Assembly: GCF_964355755.1 (NCBI RefSeq)
Contig: NC_092670.1
Coordinates: 5,756,201 to 5,820,200 of the forward strand
Length of the DNA stretch: 64,000 bases
Origin: Antedon mediterranea
Taxonomy: Eukaryota; Animalia; Echinodermata
Reading direction: 5' to 3'
In this document: positions 41,101 through 53,554 of the stretch, in pieces
How the letters are laid out: each line of letters begins with the position of its first letter
Numbering within the stretch: position 1 is the first letter of the stretch
Translations under genes and position numbers: made by a program
Notes under the pieces: model-generated
Database searches by the model: none
Told to the model about the DNA's origin: nothing
The model's input: only the letters and a program-made list of their open reading frames with translations

Positions 41101-44100
41101 AGTTAAATAAAAAAGGTCGTATTTTCATCTTTTGCGTCATAATTCATTACATTTAAACGAGCGCGCATCAATATTTCACGTATTCAAATTTCTTCTACAT
41201 GCTAATACGTTGTTGCTGAGATAATTTCCTTTCGGAATTGCTACCTTCGCGTTTCATTTTAAAACCGTCAACATGTTAAAAATTGCAATAAATAGCGGGT
41301 CCCGTAATTTCACCTATTCTACACTGTATGTGATATGGATACAGATTATACTGTGTATACTACAGTATATATGAATTTAAACAATAAATTTCAGCAATAA
41401 CAACATATCATATTCTTCAGTTCAGGTCATAATGCCAACGTGAACACTTCCTTTTGTCCTCAACCTATCCCCTTAATGTTAATGTTGCACCACTTGCGCG
41501 GCGGATAACCAAACTCGTCAAAGTGACGAGTTACATGTCTAGTTGGTTATCCGCAACGAAGTTGCAGGATAACCTCTTGTGATTGTACGAAATCATCATC
41601 ATCATCAACTTTTTATTAGTTATCCGCACTATGGCGGATAACTCCTTGTAACTGTCCTGTTTCATCATCTTTTTTTTTTTTTTTTTTTTCTGTATTATTC
41701 TTCTTTCTTTCTGTCATTTTTGTGCAGAGCGTATCTCTAAAACGTGTAAAGTTAACATTTTATAACTTTGTCAACATATGGGCAATCACGTGAAGTTGTG
41801 CTTTCCTATAATTGAATGACGTCAGAGTTGCGCAACATGACTTACGCGCGTTTTTATGAATTTCGCGTATTTAACATAGATCGAAAACCATATAACAATT
41901 TAAATTGAAACTTAGCAAAAGTCTAATTTATATCGTGCGCAAACTTTTTGTGCACTAAAAATGGCATGTTTTACACAAAGTTACGCGCGCACGCGCGTTT
42001 AAAATTTTCCAATGCGAAAAATCAATTTCTAATCAACTTTATACGCGTTTCATGTCATTTTGAGCATGTCAAAAATTCCCACACGTGCGCAAATTTTTAC
42101 GCGCGTGGTGCACACGTAGCGTTAAAAACGTCATTTTTTCGAGTGATTTATGTTTTTCCAGCCTTTTCTAGTAATTTTACCAACTTTTAAATAATTTCGA
42201 CTTCAAATTACGTCATACGAGCACGTAGAATATGATAATTTGCGAGCTTTTTTGATGAAAAACTTCAAAAATTCGTCAAAATTAAGCCTTTTTTTAAACA
42301 ATCGTAGTTTCTAAACTAAACGGTAAAAATTATTTTTATTACATATTCTGGAAGTTGATGAGTTGTAGATATCAGATCATGCATTAATATGGCTAACCGG
42401 ACATTGTGACGTCATCGTATGGCCACGCGAATATGAAATTTAGGATTTTTGTATCTTTCGTCATAACTCCTCACATTTAATAGAGGGCATCTCCACTTAT
42501 CCGTTTTCCATTTTCACCCCGATTTTGATATTGTCTAGGTCAATCAACTATCTTTAGCATGAGTTTAAAATATTTTAATTTTTATGACGTCATCATGCCT
42601 AAAAATTTAAATTACGTGTGGCATTAATTTCATCTTTACAGTAAATTTCAATCTGTTATAGCTCGTAAGAATAAAATGTAATAATCACGATTAAAACGTT
42701 TTCTTGAAGCTATTGGATTGTAGATACAAAATCATGTAAACATTTTGCCAATCGGATGTGGTGACGTCATCATATGGCCAGTTAAATAAAAAAAGTCGTA
42801 TTTTCATCTTTTGCGTCATAATTCATTACATTTAAAAGAGCGCGCATCAATATTTCACGTATTCAAATTTCTTCTACACGCTAATACGTTGTTGCTGAGA
42901 TAATTTCCTTTCGGAATTGCTACCTTCGCGTTTTATTTTAAAACCGTCAACATGTTAAAAATTGCAATAAATAGCAGGTCCCGTAATTTCACCTATTCTA
43001 CACTGTATGTCACTGTATGTGATATGGATACAGAATATACTGTGTATACTATATATGAATTTAAATAATAAAATTCAGCAATAACAACATATCATATTCT
43101 TCAGTTCAGATCATAATGCCAACGTGAACACTTCCTTTTGTCCTCAACCTATCCCCTTAATGTTAATGTTGCACCACTTGCGCGGCGGATAACCAAACTC
43201 GTCAAAGTGACGAGTTACATGTCTAGTTCTTCTTCTTTCTTTCTGTATGATTTTTGTGTAACGCTTTTCTCTGAAACTTGCAAACATAACATTTTGTTAA
43301 CTATGTTAACATTTTGACATTTATGTAACGTCGTCAAGCGAAGCTTTTCATGATGTTTACAATTGCGCAAAGTGACGTACGCGCGATTTAACGATTTTCT
43401 CGTATTGAACATATGTCGAAAACCAAATAACATTTCAACTTGAAACTTTGCAAAAGTTTAATTTATATCATGCGCTAACTTTCTGTTGAAAAAAAATTGC
43501 GTGTTTTACACAAAGTTACGCGCGCACGCGCATTTAAAATTTCAAAATGCGCGAAACTAATTTATAATCAACTTTCTACGCGTTTCATGTCGTTTTAAGC
43601 ATGTAAAAAATTCCCACGCGTGCGCACATTTTTACGTGTGCGGTGCGCACGTAGCATTGAAAACGTATTTTTTTCGCGTGATTTATGTTTTTCCAGCCTT
43701 TTCATGTAATTTTACCAAATTTTTAACAATTTCGACTTAAAGATACGTCATACGAGCACGTCGAATTGGACAATTTGCGCGCGTTTTTTATGAAAAGGTT
43801 AAACAATTCGTTTAAAATATGCCTTTTTTTAAACAGTCGTAATTTCTAAACTAGACGGTCAACTTTTTGTGGATGACATATTCTGGAAGTAGATGAGTTG
43901 TAGATGTCGGATCAGGTATTAATATGGCTAACCGGACATTGTGACGTCATCGTATGGCCACGCGAATATAAAATTTAGGATTTTTGTACCTTTCGTCATA
44001 GCTCATCACATTGAATAGAGCGCATCTCCACTTATCCGTTTTCCATTTTCACCCCGATTTTGATATTGTCTAGGTCAATCAACTATCTTTCGCATGAGTT

Positions 44101-46214
44101 AAAAATATTTTTATTTTTTTGACGTCATCATGCCTAAAAATTTAAATCACGTGTGGCATTAATTTCATCTTTACAGTAAATTTTAATCTGTTATAGCTCG
44201 TAAGAATAAAATGTGATAATCACGATTAAAACTTTTTCTGGAAGCTATTGGATTGTAGATACGAAATTATGTAAAAATGTTGCCAATCGGATGTTGTGAC
44301 GTCAACATATGGCCAGTTAAATAAAAAAGGTCGTATTTTCATCTTTTGCGTCATAATTCATTACATTTAAAAGAGCGCGCATCAATATTTCCCGTATTCA
44401 AATTTCTTCTACACGCTAATACGTTGTTGCTGAGATAATTTCCTTTCGGAATTGCTACCTTCGCGTTTCATTTTAAAACCGTAAACATGTTAAAAAATTG
44501 CAATAAATAGCGGGTTCCGTAATTTCACCTATTCTACACTGTATGTGATATGGATACAGATTATACTGTGTATACTATAATATGAATTTAAATAATAAAA
44601 TTCAGCAATAACAACATATCATATTCTTCAGTTCAGATCATAATGCCAACGTGAACACTTCCTTTTGTCCTCAACCTATCCCCTTAATGTTAATGTTGCA
44701 CCACTTGCGCGGCGGATAACCAAACTCGTCAAAGTGACGAGTTACATGTCTAGTCAACTTTTTAGTTATCCGCATTCAGCGGATAACTCCTTGAAACTGT
44801 CCTGGTTCTTTTTTTTCACATTATTCTTCGGTCTTTCTCTCTCGTATCTCTAAAACGTGTTAACATAACATTTCATAACTTTGTCGACATATGGGCATTC
44901 ACGTGAAGTTGTGCACCTCCTATTTTTGAATGACGTCAGAGTTGCGCAACGTGACTTACGTGCGTTTTTATGAATTTCGCGTTTTTAACATAGATCAAAA
45001 ACCATTCAACAATTTAAATTGAAACTTAGCAAAAGTTTAATTTATATCTTGCTCTAACTGTATGTAGAAAAAAAATGGCATGTTTCACAGAAAGTTACGC
45101 GCGCACGCGCATTTAAAATTTGAAAATGCGAAAAATCAATTTCTAATCAACTTTCTATGCGTTTCATGTCATTTTAAGCATTTAAAAAATTCCCAAGCGC
45201 AAGCAATTTTTTACGCGCGCGCGCGCACGTAGCGCAAAAAAAAATATTTTTTCTCATGATTTATGTTTTTCCAGCCTTTTCTAGTAATTTTACCAATTTT
45301 TAAACAATTTCGACTTAAAATCATGTCATACGAGCACGTAGAATTTGATAATTTGCCCACGTTTTTGATGAAAAAGTTCAAAAATTCTTCAAAATTATGC
45401 CTTTTTTTAAACAGTCGTAGTTGCTAAACTAAACGGTGAAAGTTGTTTTTATTACATATTCTGGAAATTGATGAATTGTAGATATTGGATCATGCATTAA
45501 TATGGCTAACCGGACATTGTGACGTCATCGTGGGGCCACGCGAATATAAAATATAGGATTTTTGTATCTTTCATCATAACTCATCACATTTAATAGAGCG
45601 CATCTCCACTTATTTGTTTTCCATTTTCACCCCGATTTTTATATTATCTAGGTCAATCAACTATCTTTCACCTAAGTTAAACATATTTTAATTTTTATGA
45701 CGTCATCATGTCTAAAAATGAAAATAACGTGGGTCATTTATTTTCATCTTTACAGTAAATTTCAATCTGTTATAGTTCGTCAGAATAGAACGTGATAATC
45801 ATGATTAAAACGTTTTCTGGAAGCTATTAGATTGTAGATACGAATTCATGTAAACATTTTTCCAATCGGATGTTGTGACGTCATCATATAGCCAGTTGAA
45901 TAAAAAAAAGTCGTATTTTCATATTTTGCGTAATAGTTCATCACATTTAAAAGGGCGCGCATCTATATTTTACGTACTCAAATTTTTTGTACACGTTAAT
46001 ATGTGGTTGCTGAGATAATGTCCTTCCGAAATTGATATCTTAGTGTTTCATTTTGATACCGTAGCCATGTTAAAAATAAGAATAAACGTGGGGTCCCGTA
46101 ATTTCACGTATTCTACACTGTATGTAACATGTATACAGATTAAATACCGTTTGCACTGTATACTATATGACACAAAATTGACAGAATTCAGCACTAACAT
46201 CATATGATATTCGT

Positions 46215-47183
46215 TAGTCTGGGTTCCAGACGGAGTTTTGTCTTAATATTAGTAAAAAGATAAATATTTTGGCACATATGGCGTTTCATACGTATACTAC
46301 TTGAATTGGATACTCCGTCTGGGGAAACACGCACAAGTCACGTGGTTTGACACCAAGAATTCTTGGTGCATACGATTATCCGGTTGACTAGTTTCAGCTG
46401 CATGCGATTGGCTACTCACTCGTACACTGTTTTAATATTCATATTTCAGAATTTCAAAGACTCAACAACTAAGATGATGCGCATGCGCTATGTTACGTTT
46501 AGACAATGTGTACTTGGGTACATTTATGAAAGTTTCTGAAGGCTAGAAATTATTTTATATGCCTAGTAGTCTGGTAAACATTTGATGGGATTTTTCTCAA
46601 GAACATGAAAACTCGTGATATGATAGGCTAGCTTCTCCGCAAAGCAAACATTGAATGGATCATTTATTACGCGGAGATAATTTTGATCTAATTTCCACCC
46701 AGACCCTGTCCTGTTCTGTGTGGTGGTGTAGCCCTGTTGTTGTGTGCCGTCGGTGGTGGTATTTAGGCCTACTTTATTGGCGTTTTATTTGGCAGGTCAT
46801 ACGTGCGAATTGAGTAGGACCTACGAAAGAGGCCTAGACCAAGGACTAAAAAATTAATAAACAAAACAACTTGACATTGCGATTTATATTTCAACAGTCT
46901 CGATCGTACATTCAGCACTGTACGTACTCGATCTTTTTCATTTTGAAACAAAATGATCATTGGTTGATTCGAAATCCATATTTACATACCTCCCGCCCCA
47001 TATAGCCAAATACGGTATGATAAACTACGTCATTCTTATCGGATGTTTGCGGTCTGCAAATCGATTTCTATACGTGTTTCACAAGTCTGTATTTTCAGAC
47101 AAAAATCGCGGTCGAAATAAAAACAAATAAATAAAAAAAAATACATATATATATATATATAATACAGACTTGGGGCAAGTCTA
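46215..47183. mobile_element. Second, near-identical copy of the 969-bp DNA transposon at the same site of a type-B HINE
   Basis: Same GATATTCGT flanks (46206-46214, 47184-47192) and same termini as 11738-12706. Confidence 0.85.
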
Positions 47184-50100
47184 GATATTCGTAAATTCAG
47201 GTCATAATGCCATAATCTTTTTCCGTGTGCAAAATTCCAACGTATGACGTGCGCGTGTCGTTTGTCGTGCGGATAACTAACTCGTCAAAGTGACGAGTTC
47301 AAATCTAGTTATTCTTCTTCTTTCTTTCTGTATGATTTTTGTGTAACGCTTTTCTCTAAAACTCGCAAACATAACATTTCGGTAACTATGTTAACATTTT
47401 GACATTTATGTAACGTCGTCAAGCGAAGCTTTTCATGATGTTTACAATTGCGCAACGTGACGTACGCGCGATTTAACGATTTTCTCGTATCTAACATATG
47501 TCGAAAACCAAATAACATTTTAAAGTGAAACTTTGCAAAAGTTTAATTTATATCATGCGCTAACTTTCTGTTGAAAAAAAATTGCGTGTTTTACACAAAG
47601 TTACGCGCGCACGCGTATTTAAAATTTCAAAATGCGCAAAATTAATTTCTAATCAACTTTCTACGCGTTTCATGTCGTTTTAAGCATGTCAAAAATTCCC
47701 ACGCGTGCGCACATTTTTACGTGTGCGGTGAGCACGTAGCATTGAAAACGTATTTTTTTCGCGTGATTTATGTTTTTCCAGCCTTTTCTAGCAATTTTAC
47801 CAAATTTTAAACAATTTCGACTTAAAGATACGTCATACGAGCACGTCAAATTGGACAATTTGCGCGCGTTTTTTATGAAAAGGTTAAAAAATTCGTTTAA
47901 AATATGCCTTTTTTTAAACAGTCGTAATTTCTAAACTAGACGGTCAACTTTTTGTGGATGACATATTCTGGAAGTAGATGAGTTGTAGATATCGGATCAG
48001 GTAGTAATATGGCTAACCGGACATTGTGACGTCATCGTATGGCCACGCGAATATAAAATTTAGGATTTTTGTATCTTTCGTCATAACTCATCACATTGAA
48101 TAGAGCGCATCTCCACTTATTCGTTTTCCATTTTCACCCTGATTTTGATATTGTCTAGGTCAATCAACTATCTTTCGCATGAGTTAAAAATATTTTAATT
48201 TTTTTGACGTCATCATGCCTAAAAATTTAAATCACGTGTGGCATCAATTTCATCTTTACAGTAAATTTTAATCTGTTATAGCTCGTAAGAATAAAATGTG
48301 ATAATCACGATTAAAACTTTTTCTGGAAGCTATTGGATTGTAGATACGAAATTATGTAAAAATGTTGCCAATCGGATGTTGTGACGTCATCATATGGCCA
48401 GTTAAATAAAAAAGGTCGTATTTTCATCTTTTGCGTCATAATTCATTACATTTAAAAGAGCGCGCATCAATATTTCACGTATTCAAATTTCTTCTACACG
48501 CTAATACGTTGTTGCTGATATAATTTCCTTTCGGAATTGCTACCTTCGCGTTTTATTTTAAAACCGTCAACATGTTAAAAATTGCAATAAATAGCAGGTC
48601 CCGTAATTGGTTATCCGCAACGAAGTTGCAGGATAACCTCTTGTGATTGTACGAAATCATCATCAACATCAACTTTTTGGTTATCCGCAACGAAGTTGCA
48701 GGATAACCTCTTGTGATTGTACGAAATCATCAACATCAACTTTTTATTGGTTATCCGCAACGAAGTTGCAGGATAACCTCTTGTGATTGTACGAAATCAT
48801 CAACATCAACTTTTTATTTGTCTTCTTTCTTTCTGTATGATTTTTGTGGATCGCTTTTCTCTAAAACTTGCAAACATAACATTTTGTAACTTTCTCAACA
48901 TATCGTCATGCACATGAAGATGTGCAGCGAAGCTTTTCATGATGTTTACAATTGCGCAACGTGACTTACGCGCGATTTAACGATTTTGTCGTATTTAACA
49001 TAGCTCGACAACCAAATAACATTTCAACTTGAAACTTTGCAAAAGTTTAATTTATATCATGCGATAACTTTCTGTTGAAAAAAAATTGCGTGTTTTAAAC
49101 AAAGTTACGCGCGCACGCGCATTTAAAATTTCAAAATGCGCAATATTAATTTATAATCAACTTTCTACGCGATTCATGTCGTTTTAAGCATGTCAAAAAT
49201 TCCCACGCGTGCGCACATTTTTACGTGTGCGGTGCGCACGTAGCATTGAAAACGTATTTTTTTCGCGTGATTTATATTTTTCCAGCCTTTTCTAGTAATT
49301 TTACCAAATTTTAAACAATTTCGACTTAAAGATACGTCATACGAGCACGTCGAATTGGACAATTTGCGCGCGTTTTTTATGAAAAGGTTAAAAAATTTGT
49401 TTAAAATATGCCTTTTTTTAAACAGTCGTAATTTCTAAACTAGACGGTCAACTTTTTGTGGATGGCATATTCTGGAAGTAGATGAGTTGTAGATATCGGA
49501 TCAGGTATTAATATGGCTAACCGGACATTGTGACGTCATCGTATGGCCACGCGAATATAAAATTTAGGATTTTTGTACCTTTCGTCATAGCTCATCACAT
49601 TGAATAGAGCGCATCTCCACTTATCCGTTTTCCATTTTCACCCCGATTTTGATATTGTCTAGGTCAATCAAGTATCTTTCGCAGGAGTTAAAAATATTTT
49701 AATTTTTTTGACGTCATCATGCCTAAAATTTTAAATCACGTGTGGCATTAATTTCATCTTTACAGTAAATTTTAATCTGTTATAGCTCATAAGAATAAAA
49801 TGTGATAATCACGATTAAAACTTTTTCTGGAAGCTATTGGATTGTAGATACGAAATTATGTAAAAATGTTGCCAATCGGATGTTGTGACGTCATCATATG
49901 GCCAGTTATATAAAAAAGGTCGCATTTTCATCTTTTGCGTCATAATTCATTACATTTAAAAGAGCGCGCATCAATATTTCACGTATTCAAATTTCTTCTA
50001 CACGCTAATACGTTGTTGCTGAGATAATTTCCTTTCGGAATTGCTACCTTCGCGTTTCATTTTAAAACCGTCAACATGTTAAAAATTGCAATAAATAGCG

Positions 50101-51935
50101 GGTCCCGTAATTTCACCTATTCTACACTGTATGTGATATGGATACAGATTATACTGTGTATACTATATATGAATTTAAATAATAAAATTCAGCAATAACA
50201 ACATATCATATTCTTCAGTTCAGGTCATAATGCCAACGTGAACACTTCCTTTTGTCCTTAACCTATCCCCTTAATGTTAATGTTGCACCACTTGCGCGGC
50301 GGATAACCAAACTCGTCAAAGTGACGAGTTACATGTCTAGTTGGTTATCCGCAACGAAGTTGCAGGATAACCTCTTGTGATTGTACGAAATCATCAACAT
50401 CAACTTTTTATTTTTCTTCTTTCTTTCTGTATGATTTTTGTGTAACGCTTTTCTCTGAAACTTGCAAACATAACATTTTGTTAACTATGTTAACATTTTG
50501 ACATTTATGTAACGTCGTCAAGCGAAGCTTTTCATGATGTTTACAATTGCGCAACGTGACGTACGCGCGATTTAACGATTTTCTCGTATTTAACATATGT
50601 CGAAAACCAAATAACATTTTAAAGTGAAACTTTGCAAAAGTTTAATTTATATCATGCGCTAACTTTCTGTTGAAAAAAAATTGCGTGTTTTACACAAAGT
50701 TACGCGCGCACGCGCATTTAAAATTTCAAAATGCGCGAAATTAATTTATAATCAACTTTCTACGTGTTTCATGTCGTTTTAAGCATGTCAAAAATTCCCA
50801 CGCGTGCGCACATTTTTACGTGTGCGGTGCGCACGTAGCATTGAAAACGTATTTTTTTCGCGTGATTTATGTTTTTCCAGCCTTTTCATGTAATTTTACC
50901 AAATTTTTAACAATTTCGACTTAAGGATACGTCATACGAGCACGTCGAATTGGACAATTTGCGCGCGTTTTTTATGAAAAGGTTAAAAAATTTGTTTAAA
51001 ATATGCCTTTTTTTAAACAGTCGTAATTTCTAAACTAGAAGGTCAACTTTTTGTGGATGGCATATTCTGGAAGTAGATGAGTTGTAGATATCGGATCAGG
51101 TATTAATATGGCTAACCGGACATTGTGACGTCATCGTATGGCCACGCGAATATAAAATTTAGGATTTTTGTATCTTTCGTCATAGCTCATCACATTGAAT
51201 AGAGCGCATCTCCACTTATCCGTTTTCCATTTTCACCCCGATTTTGATATTGTCTAGGTCAATCAACTATCTTTCGCATGAGTGAAAAATATTTTAATTT
51301 TTATGACGTCATCATGCCTAAAAATTGAAATCACGTGTGGCATCAATTTCATCTTTACAGTAAATTTTAATCTGTTATAGCTCGTAAGAATAAAATGTGA
51401 TAATCACGATTAAAACTTTTTCTGGAAGCTATTGGATTGTAGATACGAAATTATGTTAAAATGTTGCCAATCGGATGTTGTGACGTCATCATATGGCCAG
51501 TTAAATAAAAAAGGTCGTATTTTCATCTTTTGCGTCATAATTCATTACATTTAAAAGAGCGCACATCAATATTTCACGTATTCAAATTTCTTCTACACGC
51601 TAATACGTTGTTGCTGAGATAATTTCCTTTCGGAATTGCTACCTTCGCGTTTCATTTTAAAACCGTCAACATGTTAAAAATTGCAATAAATAGCAGGTCC
51701 CGTAATTTCACCTATTCTACACTGTATGTGATATGGATACAGATTATACTGTGTATACTATATATGAATTTAAATAATAAAATTCAGCAATAACAACATA
51801 TCATATTCTTCAGTTCAGGTCATAATGCCAACGTGAACACTTCCTTTTGTCCTCAACCTATCCCCTTAATGTTAATGTTGCACCACTTGCGCTGCGGATA
51901 ACCAAACTCGTCAAAGTGACGAGTTACATGTCTAG

Positions 51936-53554
51936 TTGGTTATCCGCCTCAAGCGGATAACCTTTGTTATTGTAGTGTTACTTTTTTTTTTTATTATTCT
52001 TCTTTCTTTCTCCGATTTTGTGTACGCGTTTTCTCTTGAACGTGTTAACATAACATTTTGTAACTTGGTCAACATATAGACAATTAACTGAAGATGTACT
52101 GCGAAGCTTTTTGACAATGTCAGATCCGCGTAGCGTAAGTTACGCGCGATTTTCTGAAAATCTTAAATCGGTCATAACTTCGAAACCGATAAATATTTTT
52201 TAACGAAATTTTCAGCCACGTTTTCTTCACATCAATGGCTAACTTTTTCGCTCTTCAGCAAATTTTTGAACACTAGAAAGTCTGCGCGTAAACTGCGTTT
52301 GAAATTTTAAAATGCTCCTAATTTGTGCACGCTGTTTCTCTGTAACGCGTTAACATAACATTTTGTAACTTGTTCAACATATAGACATTTTACTGAAGTT
52401 GTCCAGCCAAGCTTTTTGACGATGTCAGAGCCGCGTAGCGTAAGTTACGCGTGATTTTCTGAAAATCTTAAATTGGTTATAACTTCGAAACAAATGAATA
52501 TTTTTTAACGTCATTTTCAGCCACGTTTGCTTCACATCAATAGTTAACTTTTTTAACGCTATCGCAATTTGTAACATTAGAAAGTGCGCGCGTAAATGGC
52601 GTTTGGAATTTTAAAATGCTTCAAATCAATTTCTGATTAAATTAGAGCACGATTCAGGTCATTTTAAGCGTTTAAAAAATTGCCACTGGTGCGCACATTT
52701 TTACGCGCGCACGGCGCAGGGAACAGGTATGAGCATTTCTTTTACACGATTTGTGTTTTTAAATCTTCTGTTAACAATTTTACGTTATTTTATTCACTTT
52801 TCAACTTGAAATGGCGTTCTACGAGCACGTTAAACATGACAGGTTGCGCACGAAAACGTCAACAAATTGTGAAAATGTTCCAAAATATGTCTACTTTTAA
52901 AAATGACACAGTTCATCAGAATGCAAGGTTACCCCCATTTTTTATTTTAATTTCTTGCAGTGTATGAATCATAGGTCTGATTTATTATAGTGTTGAATGC
53001 TAAAACGTGTTTGATGGCTACATTATTTGCATATTAAATATAATTTTTGAAATATTTATCATCAAACAAACATAAACTTATTCAAAGAGCAAAACAATAA
53101 ACATAACATTTATCTTTTTTCTTTACATGTTAATATATAAAACTTGAAAGTAGGTACTTTCATAAAATATCAGCGTTTAAAATTTTTGAAGATTTCATCA
53201 TAGTAAAATTTATGATTTAAGTTTGATATGTAATAATCAACTTGCATCGAGGGGGTTCACGACATACCGAATGAACGAGGACTCTTTCTTCGGATTTTCG
53301 TCAGCAGGTGGTCATATGGCTCGATGTGTAATGCAACCGACTTTGGTATCAGAGGTACCGGGTTCGAGTCCCGTCACGGGAAAACAATTAATTAAAAGGG
53401 TTTAGTTGGTTATTACACTGAGAGGGCAGTTTTAATTTTGAATAGCCTACTTTTTTTGGAAAAGTCATAACTTGGAAGTACTTGAATACGCAAGATACGC
53501 TTTGTTGCTGGCGGATAACCAAACTCGTCCTCAAGTGACGAGTTTAAGTTCTAG
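51936..53554 (+). mobile_element. Divergent HINE family (type H) sharing only termini and weak body similarity
   Basis: Head TTGGTTATCCGCCTCAAGCGGATAACC; tail GGCGGATAACCAAACTCGTCCTCAAGTGACGAGTTTAAGTTCTAG; perfect 13-bp subTIRs; internal ~305-bp degenerate tandem repeat (~52020-52625). Confidence 0.85.
53310..53382 (+). pseudogene. tRNA-derived sequence (tRNA pseudogene or SINE head) inside the type-H element
   Basis: A-box-like TGGCTCGATGTG, B-box GGTTCGAGTCC, T-arm ccgggttcgagtcccg; acceptor stem does not pair well. Confidence 0.55.

Noticed and set aside
53310-53382. Functional tRNA gene
   Set aside because: The acceptor and anticodon stems do not pair properly, and it lies inside a transposon.
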